64,000 bases of DNA, from NCBI GenBank assembly GCA_012270555.1, contig JAAXIC010000014.1, positions 1,200-65,199 of the forward strand. Direction: 5' to 3'. The notes under the pieces were generated by a model. That model searched no databases. It saw only the letters and a program-made list of their open reading frames with translations, and had not been told where the DNA came from. This document shows, piece by piece, positions 52,674 through 62,908 of this stretch; the stretch's first letter is position 1; each line of letters opens with the position of its first letter. The DNA is from Chloroflexota bacterium. GTDB lineage: Bacteria; Chloroflexota; UBA11872; VXOZ01. The translations under genes were made by a program, and so were the position numbers.

Positions 52674-53447
52674 ATGATTGGCGCTCTCGCAGGAGATGTT
52701 ATTGGTTCCGTGCACGAGTACAACGCGGTCAAGACGAAGGACTTTTTCCTGCTCGACCCCAAATGCTTTTGCACTGATGACACGATCTTGACGGTTGCCG
52801 TAGCAGACGCCCTGTTGAACCGGCTCGACATTGCCGTCACGCTCAAGTCGTACTACCGGCGCTATCCCTGTGCCGGCTATGGCCTGAGCTTCCATGGTTG
52901 GGCGATGTCGGATTCGATGTGCCCCTACAACAGTTGGGGAAACGGGTCCGCGATGCGGGTCAGTCCGGTGGCTTACGTCGCAAAGAGCCTCGATGAGACG
53001 CTGGAGTTGGCAGAGTGGAGCGCTGCCGTAACGCACAACCACCCGGAAGGCATTCGCGGAGCACAGGCCACTGCTGCCGCCATCTTTCTGGCCCGGTCCG
53101 GCCACGAGAAGAGCGACATAAAGGCGTTTGTGGAATCCTGGTGCGGTTACGACTTGCAGCGAACCTTGGATGAGATTCGACCCACCTACACCTTCGACGA
53201 ATCTTGTCAGAGAACGGTGCCGCAGGCAATTACGGCCTTCTTGGAGGCGGTCGACTTTGAAGACGCCATCCGCAACGCCATCTCACTGGGCGGCGATGCC
53301 GACACGCTGGCCTGCATTACCGGTTCGATTGCGGAAGCCTATTTTGGCGGCGTGCCGCCGGATATACGGGAGAGTGTCCTCTTGCGGCTTGATGACGACC
53401 TGCTGGGCGTTGTTAGGGAGTTTGAGCAGCGGGTGATGGCGCGTTAA
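52674..53447 (+). CDS. ADP-ribosylglycohydrolase family protein
   Basis: GALAGDVIGS, TDDT, GNGSAMR, THNH, GGDADT; GAGGAGG RBS. Confidence 0.92.
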   Translation: MIGALAGDVIGSVHEYNAVKTKDFFLLDPKCFCTDDTILTVAVADALLNRLDIAVTLKSYYRRYPCAGYGLSFHGWAMSDSMCPYNSWGNGSAMRVSPVAYVAKSLDETLELAEWSAAVTHNHPEGIRGAQATAAAIFLARSGHEKSDIKAFVESWCGYDLQRTLDEIRPTYTFDESCQRTVPQAITAFLEAVDFEDAIRNAISLGGDADTLACITGSIAEAYFGGVPPDIRESVLLRLDDDLLGVVREFEQRVMAR

Positions 53448-53516
53448 CCCGGTACTCACTTAAGACAGGTTGCTCTCGCGGCTTCGTAATCTCGCTCGAC
53501 GTGCTACACAAGACAA

Positions 53517-53549
53517 AGACCTGCCTTTCCATCCATGGAAGGCAGGTCT
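53517..53549. terminator. Strong hairpin between convergent genes (probable bidirectional terminator)
   Basis: AGACCTGCCTT / AAGGCAGGTCT perfect 11-bp stem. Confidence 0.55.
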
Positions 53550-53669
53550 CTTGGATAGGTAGCTGCTTCTGCGGAGACTCCTTGACTGCCAGCAGGCGCC
53601 TGAGGTCGCACAGGTAAAGGGAGCGGACCGGTCGGGCGGAGCGAACGCAGACGTGTTTCTCAAGCTGGG

Positions 53670-55190
53670 TTAGTTTACGTATCTTCCGGTACCCACTACC
53701 CAGCGTTCGCGCCAGGGAGTGAATTCGCTCCAGAACTCGTCAATACGGGTGCTGTCCCCCTGCACCACTTGCCTGAGAATCCCTGTCTCCATACCGTCCA
53801 CTGCCCATTCCACTTGCAGGCGCACACCTCGGGGCAGGCTTGGATCCGGCGTGTCCGGCAGCGGCGGTTTTGGAGCCTCCACGTTCTTTTCAATGGCCGG
53901 CAGCATTTCCACCGTGCGGTTAAGGTCATTGCCGCGTAGTGTAATCGTGAACTCCATTGCGTGTTCGTCGACGCGGGCCTGGATCAGGATGGGATGTTCA
54001 GAGTCATTAAGGAATTTTAGATCAAGCCAGGGGCTATAGATGGTGGCATCGAAGCCAGGCGGGCTGCCGTCTAGCTCGTAGTAGCTCACGCGGTACGCGT
54101 GTGGATGGCGCTCCGCTATCGGCAACCCCGCCCAGAACGCAGCCCGGAACACCGTGGTTGAAACCTGACAGACGCCTCCGCCAACGCCCCAGATGGTCTT
54201 GTCTCCCCAGATCACAAGACCCGTTTGAAAGCCGGCCTTGCGCGTGATCGGGCCCAGCACCTTCAGGAAAGAAAAGGTCTCACCGGGTTGGATCACGTAG
54301 CCATGGAGCTTGGACGCGGCAGTGACGATATTGTGAACGCGCGAAGCGGATGAGCCGGTAAACTCCGAGGCGCCTTCGGCAATGACGTTCTCGAATTGCT
54401 TCGCCGCTTGCCCAGCCTTGAATGCGATTGGCGCAGGGCGCTCATAACTCATGTGCGGCAGCTTTGCCTCAAACGGCAGCAGGTTGAATTCCTTCAAGAG
54501 GTCGCCGCCGAGGATGGTCGTGATGTCGCCTTTGCGCGCAATCCCGGGCACATCCTCCGTCCAATACTGGAGGGCAATGCGCTGAAAACGCTGAGTGATG
54601 AACGGACCGAAGGCCTGCGGCTTCGACATGGGCAGACCGTACAGTCTGAGCGCAGCCTTTTCGCCGCCAGCGCCGAAGTAGTGCTGCTTGATGACGTCGT
54701 TTGTGAGCCAGCTCAGACGCGTTTGCTTCGCTTTTGCGAAGTCTCCATTGGAGCCGTCATCGACGATAGACAGGGGAATGCCGCGCGCGTACAGGAGGTC
54801 GTTCAGGCCGGCCTTCTCAAGAATCTCGAAGGTGTTGCCAAGAAAGACTTGCTGCAACTGTGGGTGGTACTGGAGCAGCGCGCCCTGCGTGACCAGATAG
54901 ATGAAGCCGTCTTCTTCATAGCGCCGTGAGGCCGGATAGCCAAGGGTGCGCACGCCGCCAAGCTGGCGAAACTCGCTATAGAACGCGGGTCCGCCGGGCT
55001 CATCCCAGATCAGGAATCCCTGATCGCCGCGGCCGCCAAATCCGTTGGCTTGCCGATAGAAATGCCCACCGCTGATTGCTTGGTCCATAGAATCAGCAGC
55101 GTAGAGTGGTGGAGAAAGAGGAAGCAGACTGAGGGCAATACCTACAAGGAGAGAAGAAGCCAGTCTGCCGAGTTTAGAGGGCACGGGCAT
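53670..55190 (-). CDS. Secreted VanW family protein with an N-terminal repeat domain
   Basis: Signal peptide; GG..LGYP/QRFQR-type repeats; VanW core R.HNI, PGETFSF, GGGVCQVSTT, ERHPH, DATI, DLKF.N. Confidence 0.85.
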   Translation of the reverse strand: MPVPSKLGRLASSLLVGIALSLLPLSPPLYAADSMDQAISGGHFYRQANGFGGRGDQGFLIWDEPGGPAFYSEFRQLGGVRTLGYPASRRYEEDGFIYLVTQGALLQYHPQLQQVFLGNTFEILEKAGLNDLLYARGIPLSIVDDGSNGDFAKAKQTRLSWLTNDVIKQHYFGAGGEKAALRLYGLPMSKPQAFGPFITQRFQRIALQYWTEDVPGIARKGDITTILGGDLLKEFNLLPFEAKLPHMSYERPAPIAFKAGQAAKQFENVIAEGASEFTGSSASRVHNIVTAASKLHGYVIQPGETFSFLKVLGPITRKAGFQTGLVIWGDKTIWGVGGGVCQVSTTVFRAAFWAGLPIAERHPHAYRVSYYELDGSPPGFDATIYSPWLDLKFLNDSEHPILIQARVDEHAMEFTITLRGNDLNRTVEMLPAIEKNVEAPKPPLPDTPDPSLPRGVRLQVEWAVDGMETGILRQVVQGDSTRIDEFWSEFTPWRERWVVGTGRYVN

Positions 55191-55369
55191 ACGCCATTGT
55201 TCCCGCTCGGTTGGAATGAGCAAACTGCCTAGTAATGATACAGTACCGCGTCTGGCATTGTAAACTGCTGGGCCATTGCTGGGCCGGCAGAGTTCAATAA
55301 GGCAACCTATCTTTGGAGAAGCCCATTTCCTTGGAAGGGTGGCTATCGCGGCCGTGCCTGCCTGGAGGC

Positions 55370-56206
55370 TTACTCTGCGAAACTCCAGAGGCGGAGAGCA
55401 GTCCCGCCAAGAATCCATTCCAGGTCGGACTGGCTGAAGAACGGCATCTCGTCACGGACGGCCGTGAGGCGCGGAAGATACCCGGCCTTATCGAGCAACA
55501 TGGGCCAGTCGGTGCCCCACATGAGGCGCTGCGGCCCCCACGCATCTTTTGCCATCCGGAAGAAGGGATGGGTATCCGCGAAAGGATACGCCTCGGCGCT
55601 GTAGTGCAGCATGCCGGATACTTTGGCGTAGGTGCGGGGGAAGTCTGCGAGTTCCAGAAAGCGGCTGAAAACGGGATACGGCGGCTGTTCAGCAACATTG
55701 ATGCGGCCCATGTGGTCGAGAACAACATCCACTTCAGGAAAGCGCTTGAGCATCTCTTCGACCATGGGTGCATGGACGAGGTCCAGGAGTAAGCAGATTG
55801 GGATGCCAAGGTCGGCGGCTTTGCGCCAGATGCGGTCGGTTTGGGCGGACGTGAACCAACTGGCGCTGTCGGGCCGCACCGCGTGGAGCCGCACGCCGTG
55901 GAAGTTGTGCTCTCGCACCCAGTACTCAAGCTGTTCCGGCGCCTGCTCATCGAGTGGATTGACCAGACAAACGCCGGCAAGCTGCTGCGGATAGCGAGCG
56001 ATGTTATCCGCGAGATAGCGGTTGTCCCAGCCGTACGTGCTCGGCTGAACGAGCACCACGTGATCCACACCCGCTTTTCCTGTTTCCTCCAGCAGCATTT
56101 CTGCGGTCGCGTCGGTGGTTGGCACCGGCACATCGGGGAGCGTGGGGGCAAAGGGGTAATTCTCGTCTTGAGTCCAGATATGAACGTGAGATTCTACTAT
56201 TGGCAT
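55370..56206 (-). CDS. Amidohydrolase_2 family protein (lactonase-like)
   Basis: ESHVH, VLVQPS.YG.DN, LDHMG, KVSG, MWGTDWP. Confidence 0.88.
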   Translation of the reverse strand: MPIVESHVHIWTQDENYPFAPTLPDVPVPTTDATAEMLLEETGKAGVDHVVLVQPSTYGWDNRYLADNIARYPQQLAGVCLVNPLDEQAPEQLEYWVREHNFHGVRLHAVRPDSASWFTSAQTDRIWRKAADLGIPICLLLDLVHAPMVEEMLKRFPEVDVVLDHMGRINVAEQPPYPVFSRFLELADFPRTYAKVSGMLHYSAEAYPFADTHPFFRMAKDAWGPQRLMWGTDWPMLLDKAGYLPRLTAVRDEMPFFSQSDLEWILGGTALRLWSFAE

Positions 56207-56232
56207 AGTTGTGCTTTGCCTGAGTTCTCGAC

Positions 56233-57261
56233 TCAGCCGATCATGGGTAACGCCACAGGACGTCCTTCCGCAGCCGAAATGTCGGCGGCAAAGCACGCTT
56301 CATGCGTATTGATTGAATCGAAGATGTCGGCGTAGGAGTCTTCGTCGTTGAGGATGCAGTCGACAATGTGGTCGATCTCGCCCTGGAACGGATGATGGGC
56401 AACGTCTCCCGAGTCCGGTGGAACGGTCGGAATGTCCATGAATCCAGTTAAGCCGGGAAATGCTGTCGAATAGATCTGGTTATTGCGCGCCGATCCTTCA
56501 TCACCCTGCAACGACATGTGGAAAACATACGGCATGTGAGCTTCCATAGTGGCCGTGACACGACCCACGACGCCGTCTTCCATTTGCAGCACCGCCGCGG
56601 TCGTGAGCGGGAAGTCAAAGCCTTTCTCTTCCAGGCACACGGGCGTCGAGTAGGCGGAGACTGACTCGACGTTCTTGCCGGTCAGCCAGCGGATGCAGTC
56701 CATGGCATGGCTGCCGCCGGACAACATGGCGCTGCCGACGTTCTTCTGATAGCGTCCCCAGTGACCGGGCGGACGCAGGTAGCCCACCTCGTGCATGTAG
56801 TCGGCTTCAGCATAGACGATGCGCCCAAAGTCGCCCGCCTCGCGCCGATGGTGGAGCGTTTGCACTAAGGGATTCCAGCGCAGCACGAAACTCACCACGC
56901 TCTTAACGCCGGCTTTCCTTACCGCTGTCACCAATCTATCGAGTTGCTCCACCGAAATGGCAATGGGTTTCTCAATCACGAGATGCTTGTTCGCTTCGGC
57001 TGCCAAGGCGCCTTGCTCGGCATGCGCGAAATTTGGCGTGCAGATGGAGACAATGTCTACGTCGGGATGGGCCAGCATCGCTTCATAGTCGGTGTAGGCT
57101 TTGGCGTCCAGCCCAAACTCGTCGATGGTCGCTTGCGCCCGTGCCATGTCCCGGCTGCAGACCGCGACCATACGCGTATGCGGATTGTTGTTAAATGCGC
57201 GAATGTGCTCGCTGGCTACCCACCCGGGACCAACCAAGCCAACTCCCATTACGTCTGCCAT
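56233..57261 (-). CDS. Gfo/Idh/MocA family oxidoreductase
   Basis: GLVGPG, KHLVIEKP, EADYMH, GSHAMD. Confidence 0.9.
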   Translation of the reverse strand: MADVMGVGLVGPGWVASEHIRAFNNNPHTRMVAVCSRDMARAQATIDEFGLDAKAYTDYEAMLAHPDVDIVSICTPNFAHAEQGALAAEANKHLVIEKPIAISVEQLDRLVTAVRKAGVKSVVSFVLRWNPLVQTLHHRREAGDFGRIVYAEADYMHEVGYLRPPGHWGRYQKNVGSAMLSGGSHAMDCIRWLTGKNVESVSAYSTPVCLEEKGFDFPLTTAAVLQMEDGVVGRVTATMEAHMPYVFHMSLQGDEGSARNNQIYSTAFPGLTGFMDIPTVPPDSGDVAHHPFQGEIDHIVDCILNDEDSYADIFDSINTHEACFAADISAAEGRPVALPMIG

Positions 57262-57467
57262 ACCGTATCCTCCTCTTGTAAATAGGCGCTCTCACTGGCG
57301 CCCCGCTTGTCACGAAGGGTCGTGCTCTTTCTCCCGGAGCGGCGCATAGGTGCGCAGCCTAGCGCAACTCCAGCGACGGCGAGTACGGCTGCCAAAGGGC
57401 TTCGTACCGTTGTTTCGCTTGGCGCTAGAGTACGCTACCAAACAAGCGAATGCAAACGGTATCCGGC

Positions 57468-58565
57468 TTAGGAGTCGCGTGCCAAGACGAAATCTGCCAC
57501 GGCGTGCAGGAGCTGCCGGTAGGGCTGTCGCTGCACGTGTGCCAGGCTGCTGTGTGCTTGATCGATGTACGTCTGTGCCAGCGAACGAGCGTACGCTACT
57601 CCGCCTAAGTCTCGCAACAGGCGCGTCGCGCTTGCGACGTGTGCGTCATGGGCGCTCCGGTTGCCGAGGGTACTAAGAATCTCCCGGCGTTGGGTAGGAG
57701 AAGCATTACGTAGTGCCTCCATTACAATCAGAGTGCGTTTGCCCTCCCGAATGTCCGCGCCAACCGGCTTGCCTGTGGCTGCTGAGTCTCCAATGATGCC
57801 AAGCACGTCATCTTGCAGTTGGAAGGCTATCCCGCAGTTGCGGGCGAAAGCCGCCAGCGCCGCGACTGCAGGATCGGCCGGCCGCCAGGCGTCCAGGCCG
57901 ATGCAAGCGCCGGCGGTTGCGGCAAAGGCGTAGAGCACGCCGGTCTTCTTCTGCATCATGTCGAGGATATCCGCCTCAGTGACGGTAGCGAGATCTTGCA
58001 GGCTAAACTGCACGTCAAGCGCCTCTCCGTCGACCAGATGCGCTTCTACCGAACCAAAGAGTTCAGCAACGAGATGGATAACAAGTGTGGGATTGACACC
58101 CAATTCGGTTGCGGATTCCGTGAGGAGCATAGCCGACCACCCCTGCTGAATGTCGCCTGCCAGCAAGGCTTGCGTAAGCCCATAGTGGGCAGCATCGGCA
58201 GCGGTCAGTTGCAGTTCTTGCTGGGCGCGTTCGGCAAAGGCGGCATGGACGGTCGGTCTGCCGCGGCGCAGGTCGTCTTGGTCGATAATGTCGTCATGCA
58301 CCAACGTCCAGATGTGAAAGAGTTCTACGGCGGCGGCGGCGGGGACTGCGCGTTCTTCCGCGCCGCCGGTAGCGCCGCAGCACAAGAGGAGGATGCCCGA
58401 CCGCAACCCTTTTCCCGGTTGCCGCACGTAATGGCCTACCGCCTCTCCGAGGTGGAGTGAGCGCAGCGCGTTACGGCCAAGCGCCGCTTGCAGGTAGGCA
58501 TAGACGCGCTCGCGGCGAGAGGAAAGCTCCGCGAGAAACTGGGCGCGGTCGATCTCCGGGCTCAC
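57468..58565 (-). CDS. Polyprenyl diphosphate synthase
   Basis: GKGLR, LVHDDIIDQD..RRG, KT, FQLQDD, GK..G.D..EGK. Confidence 0.92.
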   Translation of the reverse strand: MSPEIDRAQFLAELSSRRERVYAYLQAALGRNALRSLHLGEAVGHYVRQPGKGLRSGILLLCCGATGGAEERAVPAAAAVELFHIWTLVHDDIIDQDDLRRGRPTVHAAFAERAQQELQLTAADAAHYGLTQALLAGDIQQGWSAMLLTESATELGVNPTLVIHLVAELFGSVEAHLVDGEALDVQFSLQDLATVTEADILDMMQKKTGVLYAFAATAGACIGLDAWRPADPAVAALAAFARNCGIAFQLQDDVLGIIGDSAATGKPVGADIREGKRTLIVMEALRNASPTQRREILSTLGNRSAHDAHVASATRLLRDLGGVAYARSLAQTYIDQAHSSLAHVQRQPYRQLLHAVADFVLARDS

Positions 58566-59446
58566 GTTGCGGTATCCATCTTGTCGAGATCAAGGCCGCG
58601 CAGATAGGCGAGCAGTCCGGGTCTGAGGTCAGGCCGCTTCAGCGCCAGATCAATGGAGGCGGTCAAGTAGCCTACCTTGTCGCCCATGTCGTAGCGCTTG
58701 CCCGTGAATTCGCAGGAGTGCACAGGGTTCTCTTGCGCAAGCATGTTGATGGCATCAGTGATCTGGATTTCACCGCCGGTTCCGGTAGGAATGCGGTCGA
58801 TGTATTCAAAGATTGTCGGCGTAAAGACGTAGCGACCGACGATAGCCAGATTAGACGGCGCCTCGCTTGCCGGAGGTTTCTCTATGAGGCTGCGCAGCCG
58901 TTGCACGCCTGCCGCCACGTGCGTGCCTTCTACAATGCCGTAGCGATCAACGTGGGCGTGCGGGACAGGCATAACGGCAACCACTTCTCCCCCGTAGGTG
59001 TCGTGCGCGTCGATGAGTTGCTTGATAGCCGGTGGGTCGCCGTCGATAACGTCGTCCGGCAAGAATACGGCGAACGGCTCATCGCCGACGACGCTGCGCG
59101 CCGTGCGCACGGCATCACCGGTGCCGAGCGGCGCGTGCTGGCGTACGCCAATGACCGTTGCCATCTCCTTGAGTCCTTGCAGTTCTGCCAGTTCCTTGTG
59201 CTTGCCTCTCGTGGCGAGGCTCTCTTCAAGACGGTACGCCGTGTCAAAGTAGTCTTCAACCGCCTGATTGCCGGCAGCCGTGACGAGGATGACCTGCTCG
59301 ATGCCTGCCGCCACCGCCTCTTCTACCACGTATTGGATCGCCGGTTTGTCGGCAAGCGGCAGCATTACTTTGGGGATGGATTTCGCGGCGGGGAGGGTGC
59401 GGGTGCCCAAACCGGCAACCAGGAATACTCCCTTGCGTACGCTCAT
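58562..59446 (-). CDS. galU: UTP--glucose-1-phosphate uridylyltransferase
   Basis: AGLGTR.LP..K..PK.ML, RQ..PLG.G, EKP, GEIQITD. Confidence 0.9.
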   Translation of the reverse strand: MSVRKGVFLVAGLGTRTLPAAKSIPKVMLPLADKPAIQYVVEEAVAAGIEQVILVTAAGNQAVEDYFDTAYRLEESLATRGKHKELAELQGLKEMATVIGVRQHAPLGTGDAVRTARSVVGDEPFAVFLPDDVIDGDPPAIKQLIDAHDTYGGEVVAVMPVPHAHVDRYGIVEGTHVAAGVQRLRSLIEKPPASEAPSNLAIVGRYVFTPTIFEYIDRIPTGTGGEIQITDAINMLAQENPVHSCEFTGKRYDMGDKVGYLTASIDLALKRPDLRPGLLAYLRGLDLDKMDTAT

Positions 59447-59857
59447 GAGGCTGACCTTGCGCAGAAAGCGTTATTTTGTAACGAAGACGGTAGCAATGAA
59501 AGAATTACTTGACTCTTTGAGACGGGCAAACCCGCGCATACTGGGCCTGCAGATGCACGTTGGGAAGGTTGTGACTAAGCGCGAGGCACACTACGTAACA
59601 AGCAATGCACAAACGAGCAGCGCTCAACGAGCAGCGCTCGTAGTAGACGGCCCTTTTTCACAGCGATTATACTTTTCACATGTGTCACGTGACAAGGGAT
59701 ATGTTCGCATATTGACCAGCGATCATGTTTTGGTCTCAGTTCTGCACTTGTCAATTTGAGTAACCAAAGCACTGCGGGTTTCGGAAAACGCTTACTGTGG
59801 CCGTGTCAGAGTCGTCTACTTCTAGACTTCATCCGTTGATAATGCCGGGCGGACCTG

Positions 59858-60439
59858 GTGGATACTGAACGCCTTTTCCTCGCTATTGCCTTGCCGGAGA
59901 ACGTCCGGAGCTGCTTGGTAAAGAGAATGCGTGTTGTCAACGCGCGCGCTGTCAAGGTGCGGTGGGTACCGGCTGAAAACATCCATGTTACACTCAAGTT
60001 CTTTGGTGACACGCCAGCAGGGCAGAAAGCCGTTATTGAGAACACCATGGAACGCGTGGTAGCGAGAGTGCAGCCTTTTGACCTTGCGATTGCAGGCGTG
60101 AAGATCGTGCGCAGGGGCAGAAGGCCGCAGATGGTCTGGGCTACCGTGACAGACAGTGACGGCGAGTTGCGACGGCTGCACGGCAGGACTGAGCGGCTAC
60201 TCGAGCAGGGCGGTTTTGCGCGTGAATGGCGGCCGCTCTCGCCCCACATTACCCTCGCCCGCGTGCGTGACGGTATTGCTCCCTGGGAGCAGCAGATGCT
60301 CGACGATTGGGCGGAAGCACAACGCGATCTGGCGCCAGTCCCATTCCGGGTTGAGGATGTCGTTCTCATGCAGAGTGAGTTGAAGCCAAGCGGAGCGGAG
60401 TATACCGTCGTCAGACGCTTTGAATTGCAAGAAAAGTAA
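59858..60439 (+). CDS. thpR: RNA 2',3'-cyclic phosphodiesterase (2H phosphoesterase)
   Basis: RLFLA, HVTLKF, PHITLAR, S.L...G..Y. Confidence 0.92.
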   Translation: MDTERLFLAIALPENVRSCLVKRMRVVNARAVKVRWVPAENIHVTLKFFGDTPAGQKAVIENTMERVVARVQPFDLAIAGVKIVRRGRRPQMVWATVTDSDGELRRLHGRTERLLEQGGFAREWRPLSPHITLARVRDGIAPWEQQMLDDWAEAQRDLAPVPFRVEDVVLMQSELKPSGAEYTVVRRFELQEK

Positions 60440-60545
60440 GTGAGGTACTGACACGCTGCTGCAATCGCATTTGATAGGCGTGCAGGCTGGTCGGGGACGG
60501 CGACAATGCAAGAGTCTGTTACAGAAGAGGATATGGATACGGGCT

Positions 60546-61067
60546 ATGGCGGTTGTCTATCTCGGTCTTGGAAGTAACTGCGGAGACCGCTTAGCGTATC
60601 TGCGAACCGCGGCGCGGCGGCTGCACGCGGAAATCACCATTACCCAGGTTTCTTCCGTCTACGAAACGGAACCCGTGGGTCACGCGGAGCAACCGTGGTT
60701 TCTCAATGCCGTGCTCGAAGGGTACACAGAGTTGAAACCGGACACTCTCTTTCAGTTTTCCCAGGACATCGAGAAATCACTGGGCCGGGAGCGGCCGTTT
60801 CCCAACGCGCCGCGCACGATAGACATCGACATTCTACTGTATGGTGAACTGAAGATCGCGTCATCCACGCTTACCATTCCCCATCCACGTCTCACCGAAC
60901 GCGGCTTCACGCTCTGTCCCTTGACTGAGATTGCGCCGCACCTGGAGCATCCGGTCTCGGGCGAATCCATGGAGAGCATTCTCGCAACGGCGGTCGGCCT
61001 TGAAGAGACCCGCCACTTCGCGGACCAGAATTGGTATGCCGAAGCGGCGCCGGAGATGCTCTCCTGA
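60546..61067 (+). CDS. folK: 2-amino-4-hydroxy-6-hydroxymethyldihydropteridine diphosphokinase
   Basis: YLGLGSN, SSVYETEP, FLNAV, PRTIDIDIL, IPHPR. Confidence 0.95.
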   Translation: MAVVYLGLGSNCGDRLAYLRTAARRLHAEITITQVSSVYETEPVGHAEQPWFLNAVLEGYTELKPDTLFQFSQDIEKSLGRERPFPNAPRTIDIDILLYGELKIASSTLTIPHPRLTERGFTLCPLTEIAPHLEHPVSGESMESILATAVGLEETRHFADQNWYAEAAPEMLS

Positions 61068-61175
61068 GGCTTGGCATAGCGTGATGTCAGAGTGGCCCTG
61101 CGTGGCACGCACGCACAGCGCAACGAATGATAGCTGGGCACCGGCACGAAGCATCAGCCGACGAGAATAGCGTCC

Positions 61176-61565
61176 CTATAAGGCGTCTTTCCTCTCAAGC
61201 AACTCGATCTCGTATCCGTCCGGATCGTCGATGAAGGCCATCTTTCTGCCGTCGGCGAATATCTCGCGCCAGCCGTCGGGCCAGATTTCGATCCCCTTCT
61301 CTTCCAGTTCGCCGCAGAATGCGATGAGATCGGGTACGCCAATGGCCAAGTGCATCAGGTCCTCGGGAACGTTGAGGTCGTAGTCGTCCGAGTAGGTGAG
61401 TTCAAGCGTATGCAGATTGCCCGGTAATTCCAGGTGGGCTATCTGATTGCCGTCGGGCGAGCGCTCGCTCCGGCTGATCACCTTAAAGCCGAGGTGCTCG
61501 CAGTAGAAGTTGATCGAATTATCCAAGTCGCTTACGCGCACGCGGGTATGCAAGAAAACCGCCAT
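61176..61565 (-). CDS. VOC family protein (lactoylglutathione lyase-like)
   Basis: LHTRVRV, LELTY, HLAIG, FIDDPDGYEIEL. Confidence 0.88.
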   Translation of the reverse strand: MAVFLHTRVRVSDLDNSINFYCEHLGFKVISRSERSPDGNQIAHLELPGNLHTLELTYSDDYDLNVPEDLMHLAIGVPDLIAFCGELEEKGIEIWPDGWREIFADGRKMAFIDDPDGYEIELLERKDAL

Positions 61566-61650
61566 GATTTGCTCCCATCTAATGATCCTACTTCAGTTTT
61601 TATCAGTATACAGATTGCCTTGGAGGAGATTACCTTTCGCTGCCTGCCTC

Positions 61651-62064
61651 CTAATCATCTTTATCCGAGAACTCCTCGCTTGCGAGATCAAAGGGTGGAA
61701 CATGTACGAGCAAGAGCCTCGCAGTTTGGTCCTCCGCATTACGATAACTGAACCACTCGCCCCGGGGTACATGAAGGACATCCATGGCCTCTAGCTGGAA
61801 CTCTCGGTCCATTACGACGAATGCAATACGTCCTTCAATGCAAACGTAGAGCTTATCGCTCCGGCTTGAGCGCGCGGTCCGATGCGCCGCCCCAGGTGGA
61901 ACGTCGATTGCGGCAATTGAGGCTGAATGCAGTTCTTCAGGCGTGAGTTCCCAGATTTCCAACCCTTCAAAGTCGAACGGTACAATTCTAGCAAACTTCA
62001 CGCGCATGATGGCGAACTTCTCCCATGAGTTGTCTGCATAGGGCGGGTAACACGCTGTCTTCAC
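61651..62064 (-). CDS. Cupin domain protein (start uncertain)
   Basis: VPPG..H, YVCIEG, VPRGEWFSYRN, VHVPPF. Confidence 0.7.
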   Translation of the reverse strand: MKTACYPPYADNSWEKFAIMRVKFARIVPFDFEGLEIWELTPEELHSASIAAIDVPPGAAHRTARSSRSDKLYVCIEGRIAFVVMDREFQLEAMDVLHVPRGEWFSYRNAEDQTARLLLVHVPPFDLASEEFSDKDD

Positions 62065-62167
62065 GCCTGCCTTCGACGGGCCCCTGCACTTGCGGAAACC
62101 GATCCTGCTAGCATTCTCGTTCCGTTTCTGAGCATCGCCCTCCGCAGGAACGCACTTTTTTATCCTG

Positions 62168-62908
62168 CTATTCTTTAGCGCCTGCGTCGATCAAAATACT
62201 TACGACTTCAGGCGTGCCCTGAAAACTGGCCGCTGCCAGCAGAGACCGTCCATCGGCCAGTCTCGCATTCACATCGGCGCCAGCAGCAATGAGCATACGG
62301 AGCGCTTCGGTATTCTCCCACCAGATCGCGGCGTACAGGAGAGGATCGTTATTGTGGTCACGGGCGTTTACATCCGCACCGGCAGCGATAAGTATCCGTA
62401 ATGCTTCGGTCTTCTCCCGCCAAATCGCGGTGTGTAGCAAGGGATCGTTGTCGCTGTCGCGCGCATTTACATCCGCGCCGGCGTCCACGAGAATCTGTAC
62501 TTTCTCGGGAGAGGCCCGCCAAATTGCAGTGTACAAGAGCGGATCGCCCTGTTCGTTGCTGGCATTTACCTCTCTCCCTTCGTTGACAAGGGCTTGCAAC
62601 TGTTCAGTGGTACCTCTCCAGATTGCTGCGTAGAGCTCGGGATCGCCGGGCGGATAGGGCGTGGCTTTGGGCACAGGCGGCAACGTAGGCAGAGGCTCAA
62701 CGGTAGGCGCTTGGGTTGGGCTCGCGGGCTGGGGTTCGCGTGTTGGCTGGGATGCCGCTTGCGTTGATTCGGCACCGCGGTCCGCAGCCCCTTGCGTGTC
62801 CGATGCGCGTGGCGCAGGTGTGGGATCCTCGTAGAGGACGACTATTGTGAAAACAACGGTGGCAGTGACGACGAAAGCCAGAATGAACCCCAACACATAG
62901 CGAATCAT
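62168..62908 (-). CDS. Membrane-anchored ankyrin-repeat protein
   Basis: N-terminal TM, Pro/Thr linker, about five 33-aa repeats ending (A)GADVNAR. Confidence 0.88.
   Translation of the reverse strand: MIRYVLGFILAFVVTATVVFTIVVLYEDPTPAPRASDTQGAADRGAESTQAASQPTREPQPASPTQAPTVEPLPTLPPVPKATPYPPGDPELYAAIWRGTTEQLQALVNEGREVNASNEQGDPLLYTAIWRASPEKVQILVDAGADVNARDSDNDPLLHTAIWREKTEALRILIAAGADVNARDHNNDPLLYAAIWWENTEALRMLIAAGADVNARLADGRSLLAAASFQGTPEVVSILIDAGAKE

Noticed and set aside
53461-53660. Structured ncRNA (6S or SRP) between convergent genes
   Set aside because: Only one strong hairpin; no recognisable SRP or 6S consensus
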